Source: Squalus acanthias
Lineage: Eukaryota
Direction: 5' to 3'
DNA length: 64,000 nt
NCBI GenBank assembly: GCA_030390025.1
Contig: CM059440.1
Location: forward strand, 33,232,001 to 33,296,000
Shown: piece after piece, positions 13,173 through 25,901 of the stretch
How the letters are laid out: each line of letters starts with the position of its first letter
How positions within the stretch are numbered: the stretch's first letter is position 1
Notes under the pieces: model-generated
What the model saw: only the letters and a program-made list of their open reading frames with translations
Databases searched by the model: none
What the model was told of the DNA's origin: nothing
Made by a program: the position numbers and the translations under genes

Positions 13173-13485
13173 CTTCCTGCATTACACCTATATGGCTGCC
13201 ACATGGTGCACCAGGTTCACCCCCCAACCCCCACCCACCCAACAACACCATAAAACATCCCTACAATGACCAGGCCATTCCTTTCACACTGACCCCCATT
13301 GCTGGAGGTAACATTATGTCTCACCATTCACTCCAACTCACTAATCCACTTCCAAAGTAGCAGACACAATAGGGCATGACCGGAAAGTGGTGAAAAAAAT
13401 CATTTTATATGTGATTTTATCGTTTTATATTTATAAGAGTAACGGAACCTTAACAGAAACAGTTCTTTAAACACCCATGTGGATA

Positions 13486-15364
13486 CTAATGTGTCATCTT
13501 TTGCTTGCATGTGCTTCTACGAGGTGCTACCCCTATGGTTTCAGCAGAGGTAGAGGCAGCCTGCTCACTTCCCTGCTCCAACTGCTTAGACACTCTTGGT
13601 GGATGTTCTCTGGGTTTTGGAGTCTCTGATGGCCCCGCCAAAGTCTGCTCCTCCTGCGACTGTGCAGGGGCATACTCGGCCATCGTGATCCCAGGAGGCA
13701 TCTGGGGCTCTGACTGAGGGGGTGGCAATGGGGGAGAAGTGTGAGCACTTTGAGGGGAGCCCACACTTCCATGTCCCCTCTAACCATCATCCCTGTCATG
13801 GGTCACCTGCACTTCCCTGTTAGCAAGGAGCTGGAGAGCAACTTCCTGCACAGCAGTGGGGCCATGAGGACCCAAGTCTACTTTGACATCCCTCCTACAG
13901 AGGAAGTCTATGAGCCTCTGCCATCTGTTCTCCATAGATAGCATGTGAGTGACGCATTAGCTGCTCCATGCAGATGGCCATCCTTTCCATGGAAGAGCCT
14001 ACAGTCACCATCGCTTGCGACACGGTGGTGCTCATGTTGGAGATGGACTCCTCCATTCTCTGCACATTTGCAGATATCTTGGTCGCAAAACCTGTCAGAG
14101 CCTCCTGCACTCCTTCCTGCACCTCCAGGATCACCCTCTTTCCTGATGGTCCCCGAGGTTCAGCGTCTGCATGCAGCTGAGCAGAGCTGGGAGCGTCCTG
14201 CGCCCTCCGGCGAGGAGTCTCCATTGCTGTCCCTGTCTCCACCATCTCTTGCTCACTTGTGAGTTGTGAGACACCAGGTGACAACACTACTCTATCTCGC
14301 GTGGGACCCACCGAGGTGTGTGTATCTATGCTGGTGCTGGGTGTGCTCATGTCTGGTGATGGTGCACCCTCAGAGGCTGGAGGCTCCTCTGAGGAGTCGT
14401 CTTCCTCTTGCTCCTGGACAGTGGGGGGCGTGGTGTGGGGGGGGGGGGGGTGGGGAGGAGAGCTCTTGATGGACCTGTGGGAGAGTAACAAGATGACTTA
14501 AAAATGTCATATCAAGAATGGGTAACAATACCATTATGCACATGATGAACATTAACTGGCTGCTGACATCAGTCCTCATATGAGTGACTGCTGTAGGCCC
14601 TGTGGCTGTATGAGATGTAATTCTGCCATCAGGTTGTTGAGATGTCCCCCTCGCTCCGTTTCCCTCTGCCAGCTGATCTGCAACTCCTGAGACCTCCAGG
14701 GCGACCTCCTCTGCTGGAGTCAACGTGGCGAATGATGGAGGGCCACCTCCGGTTCTCTTCCTCTCCCTCTTATTGTGGGCTCTCTTTTCCTGCAAGGAGG
14801 TAAAGAGAAGGTTGAGTGAGAGTGATGGAATGAGTGGGTTACATCTTTAAAGGGTGACTATGAGGGAGTGGGGTGGCAATGCCAAAGTGCTAATGCAAAG
14901 TCGCCTCCTTCTGTGGTGTTAATTGCTAAGATTGCATTAGGATGAGGGTGCGTGTGAGGGGTGGTTAGTCAGATGGGGATGTGAGTATGTAGATAGAGAG
15001 GGATGGGTGGATGTGCAAGGTATGTTGGTGTGAGTAATGCTGTGCAGGAGTAGGGTTGGGAAGGCAGAGTGATGGGGATGTGATGAGAGGCACAGCAAGA
15101 TGAGGGTGAGTGCGGCTTTGTACTCACCTTTCTTGATCTCATGAGATCATTGAAGTGCTTCTGGCACTGCACCCAGGTCCTCCTGACCACATCCCTGCTG
15201 TTCACCTCCTCAGTCTCCAACCAGGCTCGTGTGGTCTCCTGGGGAGGTCTCTTCCACCCATCCGAAGGGAAGCGGACCGCCCAGCGTGCTCTCACTCCCT
15301 CCACAAGCATATATAGTGAGTCATCTGAGAACCTGGGTGCAGCCCTCTGTCTCTGTGCAGCCAC
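13486..15364 (-). pseudogene. Harbinger Myb/SANT-like DNA-binding protein, 3 exons, disrupted
   Basis: Exon 1 15364-15128 (GTG in place of ATG; APRFSDDSL...RRTWVQCQKHFNDL; donor GTGAGT). Exon 2 14789-14627 (EKRAHNKRERKRTGGGPP). Exon 3 from 14474, with frameshifts. Confidence 0.85.
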
Positions 15365-16427
15365 GTGTGCAAGGCTAAGCAAGACCCAAATGCTGAAATG
15401 TACTGCCTGCACACTCCTAGATGAACCTTCAAATGCAATGTGGCCATGGCTCCTTTAAAGACCACGGCTGGAAATGAGTCATCAGACCCGCACCATTTAC
15501 TAGGGCCTGGAAACGTGCTGGCCTGCCTTAATCGGCGCCATTAAGGGAAAGCCCCTCAGAGGAGCGGGATGAAAAGAGGAACGGGGTCCCGACCCGTCAC
15601 GCCGACCGCCCGCACCCGACCCGACCCAACCCGACCAGGTAATGAAAGTTCCGGCCCCTGTGTCTACTATTTTAATAAACCAGTTTAAAATAAATGAATT
15701 AACATCTTTGTGGACAAAGGCATTTCATCTGAAGGTGTCAATGTCCCATTTGGGAGAGTTTCTGCCTGGTACATATCAGGAAATTACAGATCCCCAGCCC
15801 TAATTTTCTATCTATTAATGTTAATGGATTGGAAATCACAGGCTGGGGGAGCAATTTTTCCCAGGGGTGTATCAGGAGCGACAAAGAGATGCGGTACCTC
15901 AGCTGCAACCTATACTTACAGTCCAGCGGGACTTTCAGACCCCTCACTGGAGGAACAGTAATCAGTTTCATAACTGTCACATGTAAAAACTTCCAAATTC
16001 GAACCCCATATCATACCGATAAAGACATCAAATTACCTTCATATATTATTCTGCTACAGTATTCACAGACCGAAAACAATCAAGTAATTGAGTTTTCTCA
16101 TGCAATACTGCATCAATTTGTATGCATTATGAGGAGCTTACAAAGGCATTTATCTTGTATATTCTAGTTAGTGGTTTAAATCAATATGTTTTCCTTTCTT
16201 TATTAGCTGATTCATGCAGAATAAATGAGATGCTTTTTAAGTTAGAATTTTGTTATATAAGAGGGTTCACTTCTTCTATATCAGAGGGAGCAGATGTATT
16301 GGAGAGAAGTGACTTAATGAGCAATGGTGTTTACTTAGTCTGCCGTCTCTCAGCTCGGTGCTGTTTGGCCTTTCCACACAGCCCTTAACCCTTTGCCTAC
16401 ATAACAACAATGACTACACTGGCTTAT

Positions 16428-16620
16428 GCTGGGGTACAGTGCTATGGGAGCTGGCAATTGCACCCAAAGTGGCACTCTTTATAACGTGAACCCAGACATT
16501 GAGTGTTGGCAAACTGTTTGACCATGGGAGAGCACAGATCAGCTTGACCCTGCCCTCCCTCACCTGACAACCACACACTTACCAGCGGGAGTCACTGGTT
16601 TGTGATAAGGAGGTGCCCTG
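16428..16620 (-). mobile_element. LF-SINE-like element, 3' half
   Basis: gctggggtacag...ccaaagtggc...gagtgttggcaaactgtttgacc...ccagcgggagtcactgg matches the recalled LF-SINE consensus and other copies in this window. Confidence 0.65.
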
Positions 16621-18054
16621 GGCACAGTTACCAGCAGGAGTCACTGGTTTGTGATGAGGAGGTGCCCTGGGCACAGTTACCAGCAGGAGTCACTGGTTTG
16701 TGATGAGGAGGTGCCCTGGGCACGGTCGCCAGCGGGAGTCGCTGGTTTGTGATGAAGAGGTGCCCTGGGCACAGTTACCAGCGGGAGTCACTGGTTTGTG
16801 ATAAGGAGGTGCCCTGGGCACAGTTACCAGCAGGAGTCACTGGTTTGTGATGAGGAGGTGCCCTGGGCACGGTCGCCAGCGGGAGTCGCTGGTTTGTGAT
16901 GAGGAGGAGCCCTGGGAACAGTTACCAGCGGGAGTTGCTGGTTTGTGATGGGGAGGAGCCCTGGGCACGGTCACCAGCGGGAGTCGCTGGTTTGTGATGG
17001 GGAGGTGCCCTGGGCACGGTCGCCAGCGGGAATCGCTGGTTTGTGATGAGGAGGTGCCCTGGGCACGGTTACCAGTGGGAGTCGCTGGTTTGTGATGAGG
17101 AGGTGCCCTGGGCACAGTTACCAGCGGGAGTCGCTGGTTTGTGATGAGGAGGTGCCCTGGGCACAGTTACCAGCAGGAGTCGCTGGTTTGTGATGGGGAG
17201 GAGCCCTGGGCACAGTTACCAGCAGGAGTCGCTGGTTTGTGATAAGGAGGTGCCCTGGGCACGGTTACCAGCAGGAGTCGCTGGTTTGTGATGGGGAGGA
17301 GCCCTGGGCACGGTCACCAGCAGGAGTCACTGGTTTGTGATGGGGAGGAGCCCTGGGCACAGTTACCAGCGGGAGTCGTTGGTTTGTGATGAGGAGGTGC
17401 CCTGGGCATGGTCGCCAGCGGGAATCGCTGGTTTGTGATGAGGAGGTGCCCTGGGCACGGTTACCAGTGGGAGTCGCTGGTTTGTGATGAGGAGGTGCCC
17501 TGGGCACAGTTACCAGCGGGAGTCGCTGGTTTGTGATGAGGAGGAGCCCTGGGCACAGTTACCAGCGGGAGTTGCTGGTTTGTGATGGGGAGGAGCCCTG
17601 GGCACGGTCACCAGCGGGAGTCGCTGGTTTGTGATGAGGAGGTGCTCCGGGCACGGTCGCCAGCGGGAGTCGCTGGTTTGTGATGAGGAGGTGCCCTGGG
17701 CACGGTTACCAGTGGGAGTCGCTGGTTTGTGATGAGGAGGTGCCCTGGGCACAGTTACCAGCGGGAGTCGCTGGTTTGTGATGAGGAGGTGCCCTGGGCA
17801 CAGTTACCAGTGGGAGTCGCTGGTTTGTGATGAAGAGGTGCCCTGGGCACAGTTACCAGTGGGAGTCGCTGGTTTGTGATGAGGAGGTGCCCTGGGCACA
17901 GTTACCAGTGGGAGTCGCTGGTTTGTGATGAAGAGGTGCCCTGGGCACAGTTACCAGCGGGAGTCGCTGGTTTGTGATGAGGAGGTGCCCTGGGCACAGT
18001 TACCAGCAGGAGTCGCTGGTTTGTGATGAGGAGGAGCCCGGGGCACGGTCACCA
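16579..18054. repeat. 49-bp minisatellite, ~30 copies
   Basis: Unit GTTACCAGCGGGAGTCGCTGGTTTGTGATGAGGAGGTGCCCTGGGCACA; period 49 (16627 to 16676). Confidence 0.97.
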
Positions 18055-18200
18055 ACTCTGGTTGGACGTATTTCTGGAGGTTCCATCACATGATCTCCCG
18101 TCCCGCCCCCCCCTCCACGCTCCCACCATCGGTTGCCCAACACGTCCATCTTTGCAACGCACCGCCTTCCCACACCAAGTGTAAAGTGAACAGACTCTGT

Positions 18201-19937
18201 GTCTGTGATTTCGCTGACTGAGGCGGGTCCGGGGCGGCCGGGGTCAGTAGCGCGGTCCCAGCCCGCTGCCTGCTCCATCCCACTCTGTAGAAGTGATTTT
18301 ACGTTGATTGGGCTTGTTAAGCCCCGCCCAGCGAGGTATCTGGCCAATTAAAAGCAAGCAGGTGTGATGACGTCATCTGATGATGCATCATCAGCCGGTT
18401 TCTTTAAAGGGACCATGTCCAAATTGATTTTGACGTTTGTGCTGTCAGTGTTCTACAACATTGAGGTGCTGCAAACACTGACAAGCACTGCACAGAGGTG
18501 CACGGCTGCACCCAGGCTCTCCAATGACTCCCTCCATACGCTTATGGAGGGAGTCACAGCACGCAGGGTGGTCCTCTTTCCCTTCCAATGGGCGGACAGA
18601 CCTCCCCAGGAGACCAATACAGCCTGGTTGCACATTACACAGGAGGACACAAGCAGGGATGTCATCCGGAGGACCAGGCTGCAGAGACACAAACCTTTCA
18701 ATGATCTCAGTAGATCACAAAGTGTTACTGCCAAGCCACACTCAACCTCATCCTGCTGTGCCACCCATCACATCCCCATCACTCTGCCTTCCTTACCCTA
18801 CTCCTGCACATCCTCACTCACACCAACTTCCCTTGCACCTCCACCCATCCTTCTCTATCTACATTATCACTTCCCCATCTTGCACTCACCCTCATCCTAG
18901 TGCAAGCATACCAACTAACAACAAACAAGGGTAGGTACTTGGGTATTTTAGCCAATGTTCATGTGAAGTTTCTGTTAATGTGCTGTCAAACATTGAAATC
19001 TTTATTTTCAACACCTTGTGTTCTTGGACAGATTTGTGTGCACCTTTGGAAGTGTCTTAGTGAGTTGTAGTGAATGGTGAGACATAAGGGTAACCGCACC
19101 CCCCCCCACCCCCGCAAGGGTGATGAGTGTGAAAGGAATGGCTTGGGCATTGTAGGGATGCTTTACGGTGCTGGTGTGGGGTGGTGCCAACCTGGTGCAT
19201 CATGTGGCAGCCAGGGTGTACAGCATCGAGTGAAGTAAATCTGGCCATGGTGAGGCCATCGCTGGCGTCCCAGGCAGCAATGTGCACGGGTGATGATGCC
19301 CTGTCTCCAGTGCAGCATCAGTTGATTGCGGAGAAGGTTGGTGTTGTTGCTGGTGGTGGGATTCTGAGGACCAAGGTGAGATTTTTTCAGGGGCACCGAT
19401 GCTGATGGAATAGATGGCAGGTGAAGTTGAGATGACAGAAGTGATCTGTCAATGGTGAGAGAGGGTGTTCCAATGAGGTGACACTGGATAGAGAGTTTGC
19501 TCCAAACACTTGCAACCTGCATAAAGCTCAATCTGTCTTCCAAATGCAGTAAGCAACAGCTTCTGACCTTGGAAAGTGACGACCTATGAAATGGGAGCTT
19601 TTATAGACCATTTGCAGCTTCAAGTTAGTAAATCATCCCATGCTGACACAACACCCGACCTCCTTACCTGACATGATCCCCGAGCAGCGGGGAAGCCGTG
19701 GGCGAACTCTAAAAATCTAAAGGTGAGCTTAAAATAATACTTAATTGCCTCTTAACAATCCAGCTAATGATCTAAATTGCCTCCCCCGCCACTTGGTGTC
19801 GAGTTTGTTCAGCGCTGACAGACCCAACACCCGAGAGACTAGTGTGGAGGCGTGTTGACACCCACTGTCAATCATTTCAAATTTCACAGCTGACCCGCCT
19901 CCGATCCCGTCCTGTCAGCGCCGGTAAAATTCCGGCC
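18201..19937. mobile_element. Non-autonomous Harbinger derivative (~1.74 kb)
   Basis: Ends gtctgtgatttc / AAAATTCCGGCC; colinear (inverted) with 62149-63907; has Myb exon 1 remnant and fused transposase N- and C-terminal remnants. Confidence 0.88.
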
Positions 19938-20134
19938 TTTGTTCCTCGACTGGATGACACTTGACTGTCAAACAGCCAATTTTCCCACCTTCAATATTTT
20001 TACAACTAATAAATGAAAGCGCTCAAGGAAAATGAAAACAACACACAATTTTTTAATGTCCCTGTGATTTTTCTCCCGTGTCGCTCACAGCGGTGGACTG
20101 GAGAGTAATCTTTCATTCCTGGAGACTCCCGAAC

Positions 20135-20265
20135 CCAGAGAGGACGGAGGCTAATTGTAGATTCCGTGCCGCCACTGAGCTCAAAATAGACAGATGACAG
20201 ATTCCAATCTGGGTCCTTCCTGGCCTGGAATGCTCAGTTCCACATTTATCTAATGAGCCATCAAG
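20135..20265 (-). mobile_element. LF-SINE-like element, 5' half (probably continues 16428-16620)
   Basis: gaggctaattgtag...ctgggtccttcctggcctg...ctcagt...gagccatc. Confidence 0.55.
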
Positions 20266-20589
20266 GGAGCTCAATACTTTGCTTTTAACTAACCCAAACA
20301 TAGATACTTCATAGCTCCCATTTAACCTCTTATTATCAGGCCATACAATAAACGTAATTTTTAAATTCAAGTTACTGTATTTTTTTGGTTTCCTTTTCTA
20401 TACGATCGGCTTCTCACAGTCCAAGGCACGATCTCTAGCCAAAAGTGTAAGTCAGAAGCTTGCTCACAGGGCATTGCCAATTCTGGTCTGTGCATAGTGA
20501 TTAAGAGGTGTCCAAGAGCATCAGTGGAAACTAGCCTTTCAGCTTTCTCTCCTATACCGTGCGGCAGAGGTTAGCATCTCCCCATGATG

Positions 20590-20860
20590 GCACTGCATTG
20601 ATATAGCGCCTTTAACATAGTAAAACATCCCAAGGCGCTTCACAGGAGCGTTATCAAGCAAAATTTGACACCGAGCCACGTAAGGAGAGATTAGGACAAT
20701 ACCCAAAGGCTTTGTCAAAGAGGTAGGTTTTAATGGGCGTCTTAAAGGAGAAGAGAGAAGTAGTGAGACGAAGAGGTTTAAGGAAGGAATTCCAGAGCTA
20801 AAGGCCCAGGCAGCTGAAAGCATGGCCGCCAATGGTGGAACGATGAAAATCGGGGATTTC
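20590..20860 (-). mobile_element. L2 LINE 3' end
   Basis: atatagcgcctttaacatagtaaaacatcccaaggcgcttcacagg...ggaattccagagctaaaggcccaggcagctgaaagc; same family as 41.9 kb. Confidence 0.7.
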
Positions 20861-21644
20861 TTGGATGCAAAATGGTGAGCTGGGAGTGCATCATTTTATG
20901 GAATAGGCTCCTGATGCAGTCCAGGAACCATGCAGTGAAATTTTTATTTGACAGCGCATGACTCCACGCTCTACAGAGCACCTACAACTGGGCGAATGAG
21001 AACTTTTCCATTTCTTACATCACCCGTTCCTTTACTAACTCTCATCAAAATTTTGAATGTATTGCTAATTTGTGCTTATTGCCTCACATCTACTGGGAAC
21101 TGAAGGAAAATTATCGGAATTTACTTCATGCAGGATCCTTATCGTCAACAGAGAGGGAGGACTTCATCTGCTGGCCTTGGCTGAATTCCACTTTAGGTGA
21201 CAAAGATGAAAAACGATCGAGCATTTCTCCCTCAATCTCTACCAAAAAAAAGCCAGACCTGGCCTTTCATCTCTTTGCTGTTTGTGGGATGTAGAATGCT
21301 GACGCCTTTGCCTACTTAACAAGTCACCACACAACATAATTAATACATTGCATGAGGATACAAAGAAAGAAAATGTAAATGAAATCTTAAATAAAAACAG
21401 AAATATCAGCAGGTCCCTCAGCATCTGTAAAGAGAAAAGCCAAGCTAATGTCTTAAATGTAGATTCGGCTACAGAAACCACCAGACTTTTCTTCATTAAA
21501 ATTAATGGCAGGTGGGTTTTGTAAGAAGCGTGCAATGTTTTGGCCAGATTTTCCTTTCTCCGCTCTGCCCAGGCAGTATAGAGGACAATCTACTCCTCAC
21601 TGCCTAGGCTCACACATGAAGCATGGTAAGATACTGGAGTCAAG

Positions 21645-22320
21645 CTGAATTTTAACAGCCAAAAATGGGTGGGTTGGGGTCGGGACAGATGTTAAAATTT
21701 AAAAAATCTGAAACCCAACCCAAACCCACCTCCAATCCGCCCACTTCCGAGTTTAACAGGGACAGGACAAGGGGCAGGCAGCCAACCCGCTCCCAGGAGC
21801 CAATTTAAGTATTTTAATGAGGCTGGTAGCCCCTGATTTAGCCTGCTTTGCAGGTTTTACAGTGGGCGGCTGGGTTTCCCAGGCCTCGGGAAACCCGGCA
21901 GCTGAAGGGAGGCGAGGACAGCTTCGGGAGAAGGTAAGTGCCTTTACTGCACTCCTTGTGGGCCAGGAGGAGCAAGAGTGTTTCCTCCCCGGCCCCCCAA
22001 TCTCCACCCCACCCCCCAGACAACCCCCATACAAAGCCCCTTGGGATTGGACCCCCGCCCCCCGCGATTGACACTGCCAGGGGTTGGGGATGAGAACACT
22101 CCACGCCCGGGATTGGATCCCCTTGGGGTTGAGAATAAGACCTACCTGATCCTGCGACCTGCTCCGGAGTCCTCCCCGCCCGACTGGAAGCCAGGCCAGT
22201 CAATCAGGCCGCGTTCCGGGCGGGGAACCTGTCAATGACAAATGACGCATTCTGTGGATTTAAAAATTCCGGGTTTCCTGTCTGAAACTCCACCACCATC
22301 CCCTCCCCCCATATATCCAG
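21645..22320. mobile_element. Harbinger-type MITE, same family as 39478-41165
   Basis: Shared blocks cgcccacttc, ctcgggaaacccggcagctgaagg, aggtaagtgccttt, gggattggacccc, cccgactggaagcca. Confidence 0.7.
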
Positions 22321-22984
22321 GCCAGCATAAGTCTCTTCAGGAATGGAGGAAATAAATTTGGAGGGATGGGAAGAGGAGAGGAAAGGTTAGGAGGGGAGGA
22401 GAGGGGAAGAAAAGCAGGTTCAAGTTTTAGAAACACTAAGAGAAATTTTGCTCACATTTTGTCTAACCAAATAAAAATAGAAATATTGGGCCCAATTTTA
22501 ACCAGCAGGAACGGGGCGGGTTCGGGTCAATTGCCCGTTTTCACCCCATCCAATTTTACTCTCCAGTGTCTTCAACAGACAGTAAAATATGACGAGGTTT
22601 AAAGTGGGTGTCCGACCCAAACTGCCCTGTTCCCGCTGGTTGGGTTAGGTTAAAATCAGGGTTATAGTACCTGTTAAATCTGGCTGCGTGAAAGAGTTAC
22701 TGCTTATAGTAATGTTCTCGGTGCTAGTTTATTCTGTAGTGTAACGTTATTATAAAACTAATTTCATATGAGTGTTATAGCAGGGCGTGACTTATGTGTA
22801 AGACGATACTGTCTTTATATAGCAACCATCAACTTAGATTGTCATCATTTTTCATTTTGTGTGCTCGTGCTATATTTATTGATCATATAGCTAGAGCAGA
22901 TTAGTGGACCCTTGTGGCTATCCACTAGGTTGTAGAATCACTTCAAATGCAAAGAGAGTAAATTAATTTGATCAAACCTGACTG

Positions 22985-23608
22985 CACATCTGTGGCAACA
23001 AGAGCAGGTCAGAGGCTGGGTATTCTGCAGCGAGTGTCTCACCTCCTGACTCCCCAAAGCCTTTCCACCATCTACAAGGCACAAGTAAGGAGTGTGATGG
23101 AATACTCTCCACTTGCCTGGATGAGTGCAGCTCCAACAACACTCAAGAAGCGCGGCACCATCCAGGACGAAGCAGCCCGTTTGATTGGCACCCCATCCAC
23201 CACCTTAAACATTCACTCCCTCCATCACCGGCGTACCGTGGCTGCAGAGTGTACCATCTACAAGATGCACTGCAGCAACTCACCAAGGCTTCTTCGGCAG
23301 CACCTCCCAAACCCGCGACCTCTTCCACTTAGAAGGACAAGGGCAGCAGGCGCATGGGAACACCATCACCTCCAAGTTCCCCTCCAAGTCACACACCATC
23401 CTGACTTGGAAGTATCTCGCTGTTCCTTCATCATCGCTGGGTCAAAATCCTGGAACTCCCTCCCTAACAGCACTGTGGGAGTACCTTCACCGCACGGACT
23501 GCAGCGGTTCAAGAAGGCGGCTCACCACCACCTTCTCAAGGGCAACTAGGAATGGGCAATAAATGCTGGACTTGCCAGCGATGCCCACATCCCATAAACG
23601 AATTTAAA
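22985..23608 (+). mobile_element. CR1/Zenon-like LINE 3' fragment (C-terminal part of ORF2)
   Basis: RAGQRLGILQRV...IYKAQVRSVMEYSPLAW...WNSLP...HHHLLKGN*, followed by a 3' UTR with AATAAA. Confidence 0.85.
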
Positions 23609-23704
23609 ATAAGCTAGAATCGGAGCATTCACTGGAATGAAAACTATTCTCCAAGTACTATTTGTGTGCTGGGTTTATTCTTGTACCAATTACAATGAGA
23701 ACAA

Positions 23705-24517
23705 TCTGAAATAAAAACAGAAAATGCTGAAAATACTCAGCAGGTCAGGCAGCATCTGTGGAGAGAGAAACAGAGTTCACGTTTCAGGTCCTGAAACGTT
23801 AACTCTTGGGGGAATTTTTTGCGGGGTCAGCGGGCATGTTCGGTGGCGGGTCGGGTGGGAAATTGTTTTTTTTGACAGCTGGACCCGCCGCCACGCGCCT
23901 TTCCCAGATGTTGGGTCTGTCAACGCTGAACAGACCCGACACGCAGCGGTGAGGGAGGCAATTCAGGTCATTATGACCTTGTTAACAGTCCATTAAGAAG
24001 TATTTTGAGCTGACCTTTACATTTGACGAGGTCGCCCACGGGGTCCACGCTGCTCGGGGATCACGTCAAGTAAGCAGGTCAGCAGTTGTATGACCATGGA
24101 ATCATCTCATTACTTGACAGCTGAAAATGTGTTATAAAAGCTCCCATCTCACAGCTGTTCACTTTCCTAGCTCAGAAGTTGTTGCTTACTGCATTTGGAA
24201 GACAGATTAAGCTTTATGCAGGTGGCAAGTGTTTGGAGAAAACTCTTAAAATTTGCGCATGGTCCCTTTAAGGAAACCGGCTGATGATGCGTCATCAAAT
24301 GACGTCACCAGACCCGCTTCCTTCAATTGGACCGGGAAACACGCTGGGCGGGCTTAACAACCCCTATCAGGGGAATATCATTTTGGACAGTAGGCCGCCA
24401 CCGACGTCGCCCGCCACGGACTCGCCGAGGTTGGTAAAATCCAGCCCAGAGGGTTTCTCTCTCCACGGATGCTGCCTGACCTGCTGAGTATTTCTGGCAT
24501 TTTCTGTTTTTATTTCT
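23705..24517. mobile_element. Penelope-like inverted pseudo-LTR remnant (hammerhead core deleted), split by a MITE
   Basis: gaaataaaaacagaaaatgctg...gtttcagg-t-cctgaaacgttaactct ... tttctctctccacggatgctgcctgacctgctgagt...ctgtttttatttc; same family as 32291-33188. Confidence 0.7.
23808..24447. mobile_element. Non-autonomous Harbinger derivative
   Basis: Right end GTAAAATCCAGCCC; contains the reverse complement of the 2427-2645 promoter joined to the transposase-side promoter. Confidence 0.75.
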
Positions 24518-25901
24518 TTTAGCCTCGCCCCTGTCTGGACTCCTGTTTTGGTCCTTGTTTACTGACTTTTCACCATCCACTCTGATCATTCCTTTTCTGA
24601 CTCTGAATGACTAGCCCTTTGGCACCTTGCCCAAACACTGTTCTCTTTGTGTGAGCCTTGACAGAATATTTAACCGTAGCGGGTGAATCACAACCAAGTC
24701 CAACTCTGTTCTTCCCTGACATCCACACAGATGCATTTCCTATAGGAGTAGGAGCCCTGGCCAATTATAGTTTGAGCTACCTCGGTGCAGACCAGAGTCT
24801 GAAGCCAGTGTGGGAAGCACTTCAATTTCTGTTGATAGGTTAACATTTCATTTGGGACCTTTTACAGATACTGCCTGACCTGCTGTGCATTTCCAGTATT
24901 TTCTATTATATTTTATCTCCAGTATCATTCTTTTTCTTTTAGTTCTTCGATTTATTGACTGCCATTTATATTCAGTTGGCCACTTTCTGTTCCTCTATCT
25001 GCGTGGTGTTGTTCGTCTCATTTGTCCTGTTCCCCTTTAATCATATACCTGGTTGTGATTGTGTATCTTCCAAAACCTTTTTCACAAGCCATATTTCTTA
25101 ACTCAGCAAGAGCCTCCAGCTCCAGCACACTCCCCCACGATTACGGGTGAAATTTTACCTCTCCCCTCTTTGGGCCGATAGCTCTGTGACAGTCAGTGCT
25201 TCTCTGACCACAGCTTTTGCGATACCAGTCGTTCTCCGTACCGTAAATTGTCACTTGCATTCTCCAGACTGGATTATCCTGCAGCACCGACTCAATCTAC
25301 ATTGCAGCTTCCCTGCTAAAATAGCGGAGAGCGAGCTTTCAGGTGAACGCATTAAGCATTTGTAAAATGCTGTCGCACGGTGAAATCTCAAGGTCGGGGA
25401 ATAATTCCTTGCTCTTCTTCAGATAGTGCCATAGAATCTTTAGGTTCTCGAAAATGTCCTTTCTGTTATCATTTCATTTCACCATCGTTTAAAAGCTCTT
25501 GGGATTTGCATGGTACCAATTTCCTCATTTTTCTCAACTTGCCATCTTCACCACTGTGGTCCTTATCTGTTTATTCCTTAGTATAGGTTTCTGTTGCATC
25601 TCTCAGTTTTCTTCAATTATTACCTCCCTCTGCTGTGCTATCTGTTGGTTGTGGATTGCTGCTTAAAAGGTGACTAGTTCATGGCAGCAGCTTAGTTTTG
25701 TGTGAGGCACAATTTATTCATTCGTGTCTCTGAGCAAAAGCAATCTCGTTCATTGACTTTCCACACAGAACTGGCAACATCATTTAAAGCCATTTCTTAC
25801 TTGCAAGTAACAGTTCCTGTTGACAAGAAAAATCTTGTTGTTAATAGGAGATCTGTCTCTCACCTCTAGCCTCCATCCTATTCTTGGTCCAAAGCTTCAT
25901 T

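Larger units (their letters stand above)
11401..15656. mobile_element. Full-length two-gene PIF/Harbinger transposon, decayed
   Basis: TIRs TGCCGGAATTTTC / GAAAGTTCCGGCC; TSD CCT (11398-11400, 15657-15659); convergent transposase and Myb/SANT genes. Confidence 0.92.

Noticed and set aside
16579-18054. CRISPR-like array of palindromic repeats
   Set aside because: Units are head-to-tail with no unique spacers, there are no cas genes, and the context is vertebrate. The ORFs here are repeat translations.
23785-23806. Third hammerhead ribozyme
   Set aside because: Only the GAAACGUU half remains; the CUGANGA core was lost at the inversion point.
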